This document shows positions 47,130 through 59,791 of a stretch of DNA of 64,000 bases, piece after piece; within the stretch, counting starts at the first letter, position 1; every line of letters begins with the position of its first letter. Made by a program: the position numbers and the translations under genes. The notes under the pieces were generated by a model. The model ran no database searches. It worked only from the letters and a program-made list of their open reading frames with translations, and was not told the origin of the DNA. Source of the stretch: Bispira polyomma (lineage: Eukaryota); contig OZ287748.1 of the NCBI GenBank assembly GCA_965649765.1, positions 82,522,001 through 82,586,000 on the forward strand. Reading direction: 5' to 3'.

Positions 47130-48865
47130 TACAACTAATAAGACTATTATTTACAATATATTTTTGGGATAAAGTAAACGTTCATGAAGCAATAAATTTA
47201 ATTGAAATAAATACAATGTAAATAAATTTATTTACGAAATCAAAGAAAAACATAAAATATACATATAACAGTTGCATCTAATAATCTTCACTAAAGTATA
47301 TTTTTCGGCATAAGTAAGAATAATATAATAAGCAAAACAAAGACTTGTAAAGGCTAGCAAAATCAAGCTTAGACAATGAGACTGAATTTAGGAAAATATA
47401 GGAATTTAATTGGCTTGATGACTTATCTTGGCTATTGGTTCAGTAGTTGGGGACATGCTATTGGGGTGGTGGGGTGTTATGTGGTAGTCAGACAGTATAG
47501 AGCCAGACTGGTGTTAGTTAGACATACCTGTGTGTGTGTGTGTGGGGTGAGAGGCAGGCACTTTCCTTGTTTACATACGGTTTATGCCTCCTACATTGTC
47601 ATAGTATCTCTACTCTGTGATCTATTGCACTACCAAAACAGGCCACCAGTCTGGCTGTGGGAGGCTTAGATATAACAACATTAATTAGGAATACCACACT
47701 CATTGGCCTTAATATTGTAAGTTTACTGATGGTGGAGATAAAGGTTGAGGGTATTTATAGGGGAATAACAGACAATGGGATTAATGACGTCAGAGTCACC
47801 AGTAGAGGCAGCCTGTGGTCAGAGAAATATGTAATCAATTCTCATTAAATTTGGTCAATTCTCATTAAATTTGGCTCTGCCTTTATAACAACATTGTACA
47901 TTGTGTGCAGTAAGGAGGGTTGGGGTATTGTACAAACACCACTATATATAGTACCTTCAAAGGTGTAAACAAAACACCCCAGTCTCATCATGTCACAAGG
48001 TTTCACCTAGAACACATAAGCTTGTAAACCAGCCTCCTTGATCACCATTATTATTGTTATTAGACATATACACATTCTGTACATATGTGTGTGTTATTCT
48101 TTACATTGCCCTGAAATGAAAGAGATAATTTGCACCACATGGGACATACTTGAGGGGGGTAGTTGAAACCCCCAATCTGTATGTTGTATTCATAAAAGTG
48201 TGTGCTTGTTTGGGTTTTGTCCCACAAAATGTAAGCTGACCTTATTCTTGAGCAGATATGTTATTGCTCAGTATATATACATATATATAATTTGTTTTAT
48301 ACTTGCATTGCACATTAAAATAAAATAAAAGCTATAATCAATATACAGCATATGGCCCTTTCTTGTTGTCAGAATTATTATCCTGCCTAGAACTTTGAAG
48401 AAGACAACAAAGGGCCATACTAAAACTCATGCCAGATGTGAGGAGCCTAATTTTGTGTGAATCTGTTCACTGGCTGGCATTCCATTTGCCTAATAACAGG
48501 ACACTTTAAACCATTTGAAAGGAGACATTGTTGAAAGGTGAAAAGAGCCGTGATTGAGTCCAGTTCACGTGTGAAAAAGCCCTTATTGTCATTTTGCAAT
48601 TTACATCAGGTTTAGAAAGATATTTTTATGCAATAAATAGATGCACAGAGAACTACACTTCTGCTTGAAAAGCCACCCTTAACTATCTGTGCCCCCCCCC
48701 CCCTACTTATTTATATTGTAACAGAAATATACATATTCCCAAGACCTTTCCCAAATGACTGGGGAGTAAAGTTAATTTCATTCCCTCAGATGTGTTATAT
48801 GTCTGTATTGTTGAGTTAACGCTTTGCTTATTAAGATTGTAAGGATGCCACTCTTTCTCTCTCAG

Positions 48866-48917
48866 GGCAGAATTCAAGGACACTTGTGAGGCAGTCACTG
48901 AGTACCTCAAGATTTAG
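48866..48917 (+). other. Candidate 52-nt exon, paralog of 20687-20738
   Basis: Acceptor ctctttctctctcag and donor TAG|gtagga. Confidence 0.5.
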
Positions 48918-48969
48918 GTAGGATATACCAGGATATAGAGGTCACTGAGGACACTTAAATTAGGTTTGT

Positions 48970-49500
48970 AACCATACCACCTGTGTATGTTACGCCATGA
49001 CACCTGTGTAAAGTTCTACTTACACATTGCAATGCTTTTATAGGTATAACAGAGGTATCTAACCATACCACCTGTGTATGTTACTGTCTCACATCTGTGT
49101 AAAGCTCTACTTACACCTTGCAATGCTTTCATAGGTATAACAGAGGTATCTTACCATACCACCTGTGTATGTTACTGTCTCACATCTGTGTAAAGCTCTA
49201 CTTACACCTTGCAATGCTTTCATAGGTATAACAGAGGTATCTTACCATACCACCTGTGTATGTTACTGTCTCACATCTGTGTAAAGCTTTACTTACACCT
49301 TGCAGTGCTTTCAGAGGTATAACAGAGGTATGTAACCATACCACCTGTGTGTGTTACTCTATGCCACTTGTGTGAAGCCCTGCCAACACATTGCAATACT
49401 TTTAGGTATAACAGAGGCCTGTAACTATACCACCTGTGTATGTTACTGACACCATGAAAAGCTTGCTTACACATTGCAATGCTTTGGAGGTACAACAGAT
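48970..49500. repeat. ~91-bp minisatellite, about 6 units, inverted homolog of 19480-20640
   Basis: Unit accataccacctgtgtatgttactgtctcacatctgtgtaaagctctacttacaccttgcaatgctttcataggtataacagaggtatct. Confidence 0.95.
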
Positions 49501-51829
49501 ATTATTTGGGTTTTGGTGGTCATCTAACAGCCTCAAATTCTCCATTGGAATTAGAGGGTTTATTATATACAACAGTTGACCTTACACAGGCAATATTGGC
49601 TATTGAGGACAGTAGTAAAATCGTCATCAAGAGGCGATAGATTCATATTGGCATAGTCCTTGGTAGGTTTATTTATACACATAACAAAAAGAGTATAGGT
49701 TATAGTTGAAAATATATTGACACTAAAATAAAAAACCATCACCCCTATGTCAGATACTACAAATCTTTCTATGTGACTGACACAGCTGTGAATTGTATTG
49801 ATATTACCGGTAGAATAGGGTCATCCTCTAGTATAATCCAACCACTATCCAATTATTAAGGTTAACCTCAAGAATGGTTGTAATTGATTTAGACCCTTTA
49901 ATACAAACATGTTTACCACCACTCTGCAGAAAGCTCACCATAAATCCTTTACACCAATGCCTGGTATGGTATTTACTTGTGAATCATAAATGGCCACATA
50001 AAAGGCAAAGTGCAAACAAATGAATGAACAGAGTATTTGTTACTTCCACATATATAATTGCAAATACATCCATTATAATACTGTTAACACCAGCAATATC
50101 TTCCCAGTAAAAATAAATCCAGTGAATCTGACAAGTACAAGAAACAGCTAACAGGAATGAGCCTGACTATCCATGATGTGGGGGTCAGACCAACGTGGAC
50201 AAATGCAATGTATCTGTGTCAGGAAAGTGGATGTAAAGATGATCTTTCGGGTGGTATGGTCTGAATGATGAAACATGTAGCAAGAGTAATGTGGCGAAAG
50301 GGAGAAACTCTGATTCAGAAAGTTGGAACAAATTAAAATTGGCAGCCAGTGCATACCTTTGATGTGTGGCAGGGTATGGCATGACTGTAAAAAATATACC
50401 AACTATGGAACTTTGTGAAAAGAAGTGAATGGCAACAGTCCATACTTTTGTTGACAAGGGCATAAGCCAATCATACAATAAAATGGCTCCCTTAATGCTT
50501 GGGTAAGTATCAAAGAGAATCTGTAAAAGATAATTACATTAATGCTGAGCCTAAGTCAAAGAAAGCACCAATGTTGCTAGCTTAATCACCTGCGACAAAT
50601 ATTGGTTACCCACTGAGGTTACTCAACTGAGCATCATCCAGTCTCGCAAGGTGGTTGGTGTCTACAGGCAGTCCCCTTCATAAAAAGCACAATATCATAA
50701 ATGAGTTTTGATGTTTTGTTGTAATAACTGCCTTGGAACTGTTGAATTTTACATTCAAGTCAGTTACCGAACCATGGCAAAGCTTATGACACTGATTTCG
50801 ACCATTTACCCTGATGATACCCTGATTGCTCTATATGCCTTACTTATTCATCTTAACTAGCTTTATAATTAAATTAACCTGTTCTAGTTTAGACCACATT
50901 TTTGCTGCAGTAAATATCTCGGCTGAGGTGCAGATCCATGAGATATTATTTGGTGTTATTTTAGAAAAGCTCTCAAACAGCTGTCAACACATGCATTTGT
51001 CACTGTAATACTAATATTATTAGTCACATGTTCTGAACACATTCATAAAATCTACTGAATATATTAGAAGGTATCAGTCTAAAATTTATCAACATCAAGG
51101 CAGTTCAAATTTTTTAGGGATTAGATACCTAGATTATATGTTTATGATAGTTACCAACTTAATTATTTTTTTTGTGTATCTAGCATCAGTTTATGTAGAT
51201 CATTCGCTGAGTGGTTTTCGTAGATATTCACCTATCCAGGATATAAAATATAATGGATGACTTTTGAACCACTTGAAATTCTAATGAGATTTTGGAAGGA
51301 TAAGCCAGGTTTATATATAAAAAGGTATGGGGGTCACTTTAAACAAAAACAGGGACAAACCACATACTTGAAGTCAAAGACCACTTTTTAGGCTGATGGG
51401 GACTTTGATTTGTAATTATTTTCAATGAGAGAGCAGAATAGGTTCAGATGGGTTAAAATGGTTTGTATAGAAAAAGAGGGGGGTGACTTAAGGCTGACAT
51501 GAGGGATGATATAGAAATAAATGATGAGAAATGTCAGTGCTCCTTGGCTTTATTACAACATAGAGAGGGTTAAAAGAGGAGCTGTCAAAGGGCCACAAGT
51601 GTTCATTGAGAGAGAATATGCCCAGATTGATAACGCTGTGCAGGGTTGTTGTGTTTTTTTTCAGGCGAGACGCCTGCTTAAGTTAGACATATATTATATG
51701 GCGTCATTCATATTAGGTTTGATAGTAAAGAAACTATCATTAATGATCCAGAGCTAGACTGCATTAGGCACAATTTGCACAAATGAGCACAACAATTATT
51801 GACTAGATTTCTTTTTTTACAACCTCATC

Positions 51830-52310
51830 TAATCTCATCTAACTTTTATAGTGCTTGATTGATCTCTGTGCTAGGGGATTCTGAAGCACATGAGACAGGA
51901 AAATCATTTTTATCATTTAATGTAGCCATTGGACGTACAGGGAGTACTGTAGAGACGCTGGAAATGGTAAGGAGACTAAGATGGAAAAGTCTTGCGAAAT
52001 AGGTAGGTTTTGAACTTCTTTTTAAAACAGGTAAGTGAGGAGGCAGTGCAGACATTATGAGGCAGATCATTCCACAGCTTAGCTGCATCTTTTTTAGAAA
52101 CTATTGTTGAAATGCCTTTTTGACTTACGAACTGATGGTACAAAGGTAGGGACACTTAAGAAAGCATTTTCAGGCCTACTACACCTTATATTGAGTTGAC
52201 ATGTAAGAACTGAAATGCCGTGGGAGACCTGAATTGAGGTATTTATAGATAAAGGTAGCAGTTTTGAATATTGCCCTATATTAGATAGGCAACCAGTAGA
52301 GGGTTTTAAA
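51830..52310 (-). mobile_element. L2 LINE 3' end
   Basis: Minus strand: KTLYWLPI*YRAIFKTATFIYKYL...AAKLWNDLPHNVCTASSLTCFKKKFKTYLF. Confidence 0.85.
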
Positions 52311-52357
52311 AAACGAAATAAGGTAAGTAAATGTATACTTTCTAATTACTGAATAGA

Positions 52358-52570
52358 CAATAAAGCTGTTTCACCTTAAAGGCCATGCTTGTAGGCAGAT
52401 TGATTTGAATTTCCCAAGCCATTCGCATTTAGATGTTCCATTATGTGTTTATGTTTTGCACAATTCGTTTTAATGGCAATAAAGCTGTTTCAGTGGAATG
52501 GCCACGTTTGTTGGCCAATTGATTTGAATTTCCCAGACCATTAGCATGTAGATGTTCTATTATCTGTTCA
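52358..52570. repeat. Two-copy ~120-bp direct tandem duplication
   Basis: caataaagctgtttca...gattgatttgaatttccca..ccatt.gcat.tagatgttc at 52358 and 52477. Confidence 0.85.
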
Positions 52571-53834
52571 GCGACAGCTCTTTCTAAGCAGATATGAAGT
52601 TTAACCGAGACACTTGCCTATAGTTTTTAAGACCTTCCTTTTGCAGTTAGGGCTTCTTAATGAGAGGTGTACAACCTGCACATGATGTAAGTGTAAGTAT
52701 TTGGTCTCACAAACATGTGTAAATTATAAACAGGTTGTTTTGTATTGGAAAATAAGGAATTATATCAGATATTTGATCTCACTATAACAAAATTGAAAAA
52801 AACAATTTTGGGGTATAATTATTTTCGTTAGGAATCAGAACAAATGATAGTTTGTAAAGGCCAAAATTTTACGAAAACGTTGTGATAATTAAGGGTCATC
52901 ACCACAGTGGATATATTCCATGATTTTACTATAGATTATTCACATACATAACTACTAGCAATATCATTGCTGTGCCATCATTATTTTTTAAATCTTGATA
53001 ATAGCTTTCAGCCCACTGAAACAATCTCATGAAGGGTGATTTCTGAAATCTCCATTTTTGTCACCCTGGAACCCCCAAAAATTGCCTTTACAAACCACTC
53101 ATCACGAGTAAATATAAAAAATAAGTATGTAAAATATCCCAATCGTCATCTAATTTCACAGATTGCCCTCAGTGAGAACATATGTGTAGTCTTGCATGTA
53201 GGCCTGGGTACTTATTCTTTTAAAAAATGCTATTCTTGTTATTACCAGAGGAGAACCAACCTCCTTGCACTCCCCCCCCCCCCCCCCCCCATCCTCCTTT
53301 TTTCTCCATACACTAAGATGTTGTTGGTCTGACCAGAGCGTAGGTGGTCTGATCTGACTTGTGTGAGAGAGATGAGACGTGTTTGTCTGTGTGTATGTGT
53401 GTGTGTGTCTGGCTGTGTCTCCACCTGTGTCACCTGCTTAAGAGTACAAGAGAGACATAGTAGTGTGCTGAACACCTGTCCCAGTCTCCCACAGAGACAT
53501 ACGTCCTGAAACTGAATTGCTAGTGGAGTGAGTGGTTTGCTCTCATGCATATATTTGTATATATGAATTTATAATTTGTGCGTAACTGGAGCAGTTAGGG
53601 TGTTAGAACCATCAGTGCTTATAGAGCAAAAGAAGACAATTACAGATTTGGTATAAATTATAAATGTTAAAATATTTGTTGACCTAAGAAATATGTCGAG
53701 TGAAGACGGCATTTGTATTAGTAAAGGATACATGTGAGATTTTTAAAAAATATGGAAAGTACATAGAAAAGATTCAGAAACATTTTTATTTGATATTCAT
53801 TGTATACATAAGAATCCATATTTTGATTGAAGTT

Positions 53835-53960
53835 TCTGGTTAAGTTCATGCTTTACCTAAGACTGCATAGTCCATCTCAGATATGGTACCATCTATACTT
53901 GAACACAGCTGCTAATTTCACAAATGCTTTGGTTGCCAGTCATCTGGATTACTTTAATCG
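53835..53960 (+). mobile_element. L2 ORF2 fragment
   Basis: HLYLNTAANFTNALVASHLDYFN, a variant of the SRLDYCN motif. Confidence 0.55.
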
Positions 53961-54115
53961 ACTACAAACCACCAGGAACCATGACGACACTGTAGTGCAG
54001 TCATCAGATTATATATCTATATGTAACAAGTTTCTCATGTTAACCCTTGACTCCAAACCCTCCAGTTGCTTCCTGTAATATTTAAATCTTCTTTATAATT
54101 TTTTACATTCTTAAT

Positions 54116-55170
54116 TTCCAGACTAAAACAATATCTCAGACTGTACTTATCGAACGTATGTAAAGGAAAATAACTATTAATCTATGTTTACTGACATGTT
54201 TTAATCCACATGTCCACATTTCACATTGACAGCAGTTACTTCTGCCAAGGTAGCTATGTTTTGGCCTGGTTCCTTTGGTTTGTTTGATTGTCATCAGGAT
54301 TACACAGAAACTACTGAACTCATTTCCGTGAAATTTGGTATGAGATGGTGGTATGGGTCAGGAAAAAGAATCCATTAAATTTTGGATTGGATCCTCAGTT
54401 CTAGTGACACATTAAGAAACGATAATTATGTGTTGATTGTGTTCTGAACTCTAAGACTAACACAAGGCTGACTTAAACATTGTAAAGAAAAATCTAAAGT
54501 TTCAGACTAAGTTAAAATTAAAGACATTTTAACTGGTGAATAAAAATGTTTTCAGAATTGTTGCATCTGCTGTTGTAATTTGGCAGTACATACTAGACTT
54601 GATCTGCAAGTTGTGTCATCATTTATAGAAATTGTGTTATCTTCATAAACAATCTATATCTATCATTTTATATGTAAGAACCTATCTAGCTACAGAGATC
54701 ATAGACAACATTTACAAACTACATACAGACAGGCGCTGAGAGCGTGAAATTCCCTCCCAATATTGTGTGTGATTTACGGGCCTTGTGTGCAGCCTACTTC
54801 TGGTTATGACTTCATTACAACAAACAAAGGTCAGAGGTCAACTTCTACAAAGGTAGTGATAGATGGGAGGTACAGAGTCACTACTTGGGGGAGACTTCAC
54901 TCACACAGTCTTCTGTCCATATACCTAGCCTCACTTTAAGGCTAACACCCAAACCTTGCTTTGCCTAAGGTTCATATGTCCATGGGGTTAACACTATGGT
55001 GGTAGGGAGAGGCGGTAAGGAAAGTTATAGAAATTTCCTTCTTCAGTTCCAGACTGAAACAATATCTCAGACTGTGTGCCTATCGTACGTGTGTAAAGGG
55101 AAAGTACTAGTAATCCATCTTTACTGACATGTTTCAATTCATATGTCCACATTTCACATTGACAGCAGTT
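54116..55170 (+). repeat. Dispersed direct duplication of about 125 bp (54116-54238 and 55047-55170)
   Basis: ttccagact.aaacaatatctcagactgt...atgtccacatttcacattgacagcagtt occurs twice. Confidence 0.9.
54237..54395 (+). mobile_element. Helentron-associated (HINE/DINE-like) non-autonomous fragment
   Basis: ttacttctgccaagg...tatgtttt, (gttt)n, caggattacacagaaactact...gaaatttgg...ccattaaattttggattggatcc; layout recognised from memory of such elements. Confidence 0.55.
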
Positions 55171-57229
55171 CAACTACCTTCCTGAACCTTCTACAATTGG
55201 CCAATTCAAGGCAATTGTTTCAGCCCAAAACTTCCAAAACGTCTGTTCCACTAAGGAGGACAAACCTGTACCACCGGTTTACGACTAATTCTGTATCACT
55301 ACGTGACTCTTCCGCCCTCGTAGTCGTATGTTTTTGTCTTACATAATTTTAATTGTATTTATCAGAAGATTCAAAAAGGGATGAGGGGGAAATACTGTGG
55401 AAATACCCGTTGATGAAACATAGGACATCCAGATGCCAAACCTGTACAATGTCAGTCAATCTACCTGTTTAATCTGTATTCCACTGCAACCAGCAGCAGC
55501 AACTTAAAGACTATGTGTACCTTTTAAGGACCTCTACAATTTATGTATACATTAAGTGTAACAGTATTACATTCTGACTATGTATTTGTACAACTAAATG
55601 TTGCTAGTTACTTGCAGTAAATATTTCTTTTAAGTATTTGGTTTTTCATTGTGACTTCACATACGAGACCTACAAGCTGATGAATTATTTGCTGTGGGTC
55701 ATCTGTAGTCGGAAAGACAAGCAACCAGTGAGTTATCACGCCTATCACCACAGGGTCAGAGACACCCACCTACACCACCAAGGTTATTTAATATATTTAC
55801 AGGAAACTGTAATGCTTATCAGTTCACTGGTAGAAGGTCGGTGGTGGAGGGAAACCTTAACCGCCAATCATGTCATGGTTTTTGGATGTTACTCATATAT
55901 GAACTTTAATTTAAAGAGTTATCTGGAGGTTGAAGTTTAAGTTTCACTCCATAGCCATAGTTTTCCTCCTGACACGCTTCTGGGTGCATATGTATCTGAA
56001 ATGGGCCTTAAGATAGCCACATCGTTCTGGGTCATTGCTTTACTCAAAAAGTCTTCTCACACATCTTTGCCTAAAGGTAAATAGCACACTACCTCAAACT
56101 TTGGGAGACTTCGTTCACATAGCACATTGTATTTATACATAGTACAGTTATAGCTCCTAAACAGAGAGGTGTGACCAGGGCATTAAAAAGGAAAGCTAGT
56201 TCCTGCCCTGGAGTCATCTGTCAGGGTAAACCACAGTGGGGCGTGCGGCAGTAAAGGTTAGGTTTAAACTTAATCACAAAACTAAAAATTTTAATCTCAC
56301 TGAAGATTTTAAAGTAATTTATTTGATATAATAGCTTCATTATCTTTAAATTAAAGAAATAGGTTTCACATTTCATAATATTAAATTTCAATGTAGCGAC
56401 AACTCTAAAATGTATCAGATGTTTTTTTGGGTACTTACACCAGTGAGACATAAACGTGGAATTTGGGTGCAGGGTGTTTTGTCAACAAGATTTATGTGTA
56501 CACTCTAGGTTCAGGATTTATTATCAGAAAAGTGACTAATACATTTATAATTTGGCAACCCAATGACGACATAGTGTGACATCGTAAATAAGGAGAATCG
56601 TCTCTGTGTCTGTATTTAATGAACACTCTTCTTTGCATGTAAAATCTTTTTATTTCCGTGAACTCAAAAAATGCAAACCTTGTTAAGGTGGCACTTGTGA
56701 TTTACTTAAAAGTTTACCATAATGATGCCAACTTTTAATAACAAAGTTGTTTTACATTGTGCTGCAAAATGTTTAATGTTTTAAATGTTTAATGTGTAAA
56801 TGTAAATATGTGATGATAAAATATGTGTTAAAATATTCAAACTATAATAATAAAGTACTGATGATATAACTGACAACTAGTAGACTAGATGACAGTTTTT
56901 AGTATGTTTAAAACTCTCCCCTCACCAAGGTGGAAAAGGGCGTGAAAATCCTTTCGTCCATTTCCGACTATTTCTGTATTTCTATATCCCTATTGTAACT
57001 TTCCTGTCTCAGCAATCATATGTTTCCCCCCTTTTCAGAGTACTTCCAAATATTTCTCTATCACTGTTGCAACTATTCTGTGCCAGTCTGTTTTCATCTA
57101 TTTCTGTCCATGAAACTTATCTGAAAAACTTTAACTCCTTATGGAGGGTGTATTTTCCCAAGATGGATCAGCCGATATGATAGGCGGAAGAGAAGTTACA
57201 ATCCCTTCTAGCACCTTCTGATACAGTCT

Positions 57230-57410
57230 ACCATACCGCCAATGTGTATGGGGCATCAAGAACGCAGAGGGCCTGAGTTTGGTCCTAGTCAGGGTCAACC
57301 ACGTACAGACAGAGTATCTCTAATGACATCTATAATAGTCAGTCGTTTGAAATTGGCTCCTATCCACAGTGGCAGGCTAAAGAACCATGGAGATGGTCTT
57401 CATTAGGTTT
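57230..57410 (+). mobile_element. SINE family C, diverged
   Basis: cagagggcctgagtttggtcc...ttggctcctatccacagtggcaggctaaagaacc. Confidence 0.55.
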
Positions 57411-59791
57411 CTGTTTTCAGTTGGGCGAATAACAATTGCTGTTGCTGTCTTGGCTGTACTTAAGCAGTCAAAAAAGGGGGTAATTTGCTCTTTGAATTCC
57501 AGATAAAGGTAGATAAATACAAGTATACGTTTAAATACAATACAATTTAATGATGCTAGTAACAGTGATGATCTGTCAATAATATAACTTTCAAAAAACA
57601 TTCTCCAGCACTTTCTCAAAGCTGGTTTTATCAAATAAGTTAGCTGAAATATTTATGTGTGATAACAAAACAGGCTGATCCGCCCAGGTTAACTAATTTT
57701 AACAGGTCCTGTGATATACTTAGGCAGCATGTGCGGTATTTATTTAAAAACTAAAATCCATGCTCAAACTAAATTATCCCAAATACAGATCTTCCTTATC
57801 AATGACAGTAGCCTTTTACTTTTCTTTGTAATACATATAGATTTCAGGGAGAAATTTAAAACTATAGTCAGATTTTAAATAATATTTTTGCACATAAATA
57901 CACATAACCAGCACAGGATATTGGTTGCCCACTAACAGGTTAATTTTTTCATAAAAGTACAGGGGTTCGAGAAGTAAAGGAGCCTATTCTGAGTGGAAAC
58001 TCCAGTTGCCTCTGTAATTTGTATTTCAATGCATTTGAGGACATTTATTTACAGTAAAAAAATCTTTGGAACTGAAATATAACAAATACAGTATTTATGT
58101 TTCAATGTACATCAGACGTTGCATGATACTAACATATAATCACACACAATGAATTACAAAGTATGTGAATAATATGTACACATACATGTTCTTCTATAAA
58201 AGAGTACATAATTACATCGTTTTGGGATCATTAAAATGCACATAAGTATCTCAGAAGATAAAAGTTATGGAGTGTTAATAAACTGTTTTGTTGAGCTTCT
58301 AGCAAAACATTTTAATGTTCAATAACATTGCCTGTTACCACATAAACTTGACAATTACCATATACTACTATTGGGCAGTGTATAAACAATATCCACTTTT
58401 AAGATTGAATGTTGTAGGCTTTTACTGGCTTCTCTTAATTTCTTACATTTCTCAGTATTGTCCAGACAGATCCAGCTTAGCAAACATATAATCTCTGTTG
58501 CTATTATTATGTATATGCTTTAGATAACAAAGACAATTACTTCAACTCCAAACTTAGTCCCCAATTATTGTACTTTGTAGACTCAGTAGCTTAGTAAGCA
58601 TATATGTTTATAAATATGTTTTATATATATATCACATCGAAATATATCACGGCTACTTTCAAAATATTTGCCTTGGAAAGCGAAGTGCTCGCTTAAATTT
58701 TTATCCCTATTTTTTTCCATAGCAATAGCTCAACTACATTATATGTGATGTTACAAAAATAAATAAATATTATTAAAAGGATAACTTTTATAAATTGAAG
58801 CACGACATTGTATGCCTGTGAAATAAAATAATCATAATATGACATATTGAAACTCCAGCTATACACCTTTCAAGGGTTGTTTTACCTGATGCAGCCTATA
58901 TAAAGGCTATGCAGTGTTGTTGTCACCTAGGTAGTCTTAAAGATTGGTGGCCAAATGGAAGGGTAGGTGGTCCGTGAATGTCAAAATTTGTCTGGACTAG
59001 TTCTCAGAAACTATGAGGCCGAGGGTATAAATATTCACCAGGGGGTGTTGGTCCTGGTTTGATTTGATTTTATTAAAGGACAGAGTTGCTACCATAAATA
59101 ATAAACCTTAAATTTATATTCAGAAAACAAGAAAAACTGAAGTGTCTTAGTGTTTGTATAATGTAGCATTCACACTGTCCAGGTTGAAGCCCCAGCGTTA
59201 CCGTTTACTTAAGACCATTAGAACTTGGATTATCGTGAGAGAAGTGGCTAAATGCTCCAGTTTTCTCAAGTTCGCAATACGTTCTCGCCAGTTTGAGCAT
59301 CGGCTAAGCCCCGGCAGAGCTTAGTTCTTGTTACATTCTTACATTTTGCCACAAGTTCACTATATGTTGTCACTAGTTTATGCCTGTTTAAGCCCCAGCG
59401 ATGTCCTGTTTATGCCAGTCTGAGCACCGACCATAGCCATTTGCTTTAGTTCTCATAAGTTCTCACAAGATCTCACAGGTTTTATCAGGACCACACAAGT
59501 TCAAGTTCAGATTACGCTAGGTTCTCACAAGTTCATGCCCCGGTCACGACACGTTCTCACCCGTTCTACAGAATTGTATAAATACCAGGCTCCAAACAAG
59601 CTCATCCTCACAACCCATCAAGAAGTCAGAGTGAACACATCTATGCTGATTCAACATTGATTGATATTCTACACTTCATATTCTACACTTTCATAGTGTA
59701 CATTGTTGAGATAGACAACTGATACCAGCTGCTTTCTTGGTTGGTCATTGAAATATTTAGTTAAACATTTGTTTAATCTGCTTTTGTCAAC

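Larger units (their letters stand above)
46680..51720 (+). repeat. Right arm of the inverted segmental duplication
   Basis: See left arm; identity is highest at about 47490-48960, and matches beyond about 49900 are patchy. Confidence 0.88.

Noticed and set aside
50148-50478. Two overlapping minus-strand ORFs and a possible 28-nt mini-exon (tttacag|...AAG|gtatgc)
   Set aside because: No recognisable homology and no partner exons that I could link.
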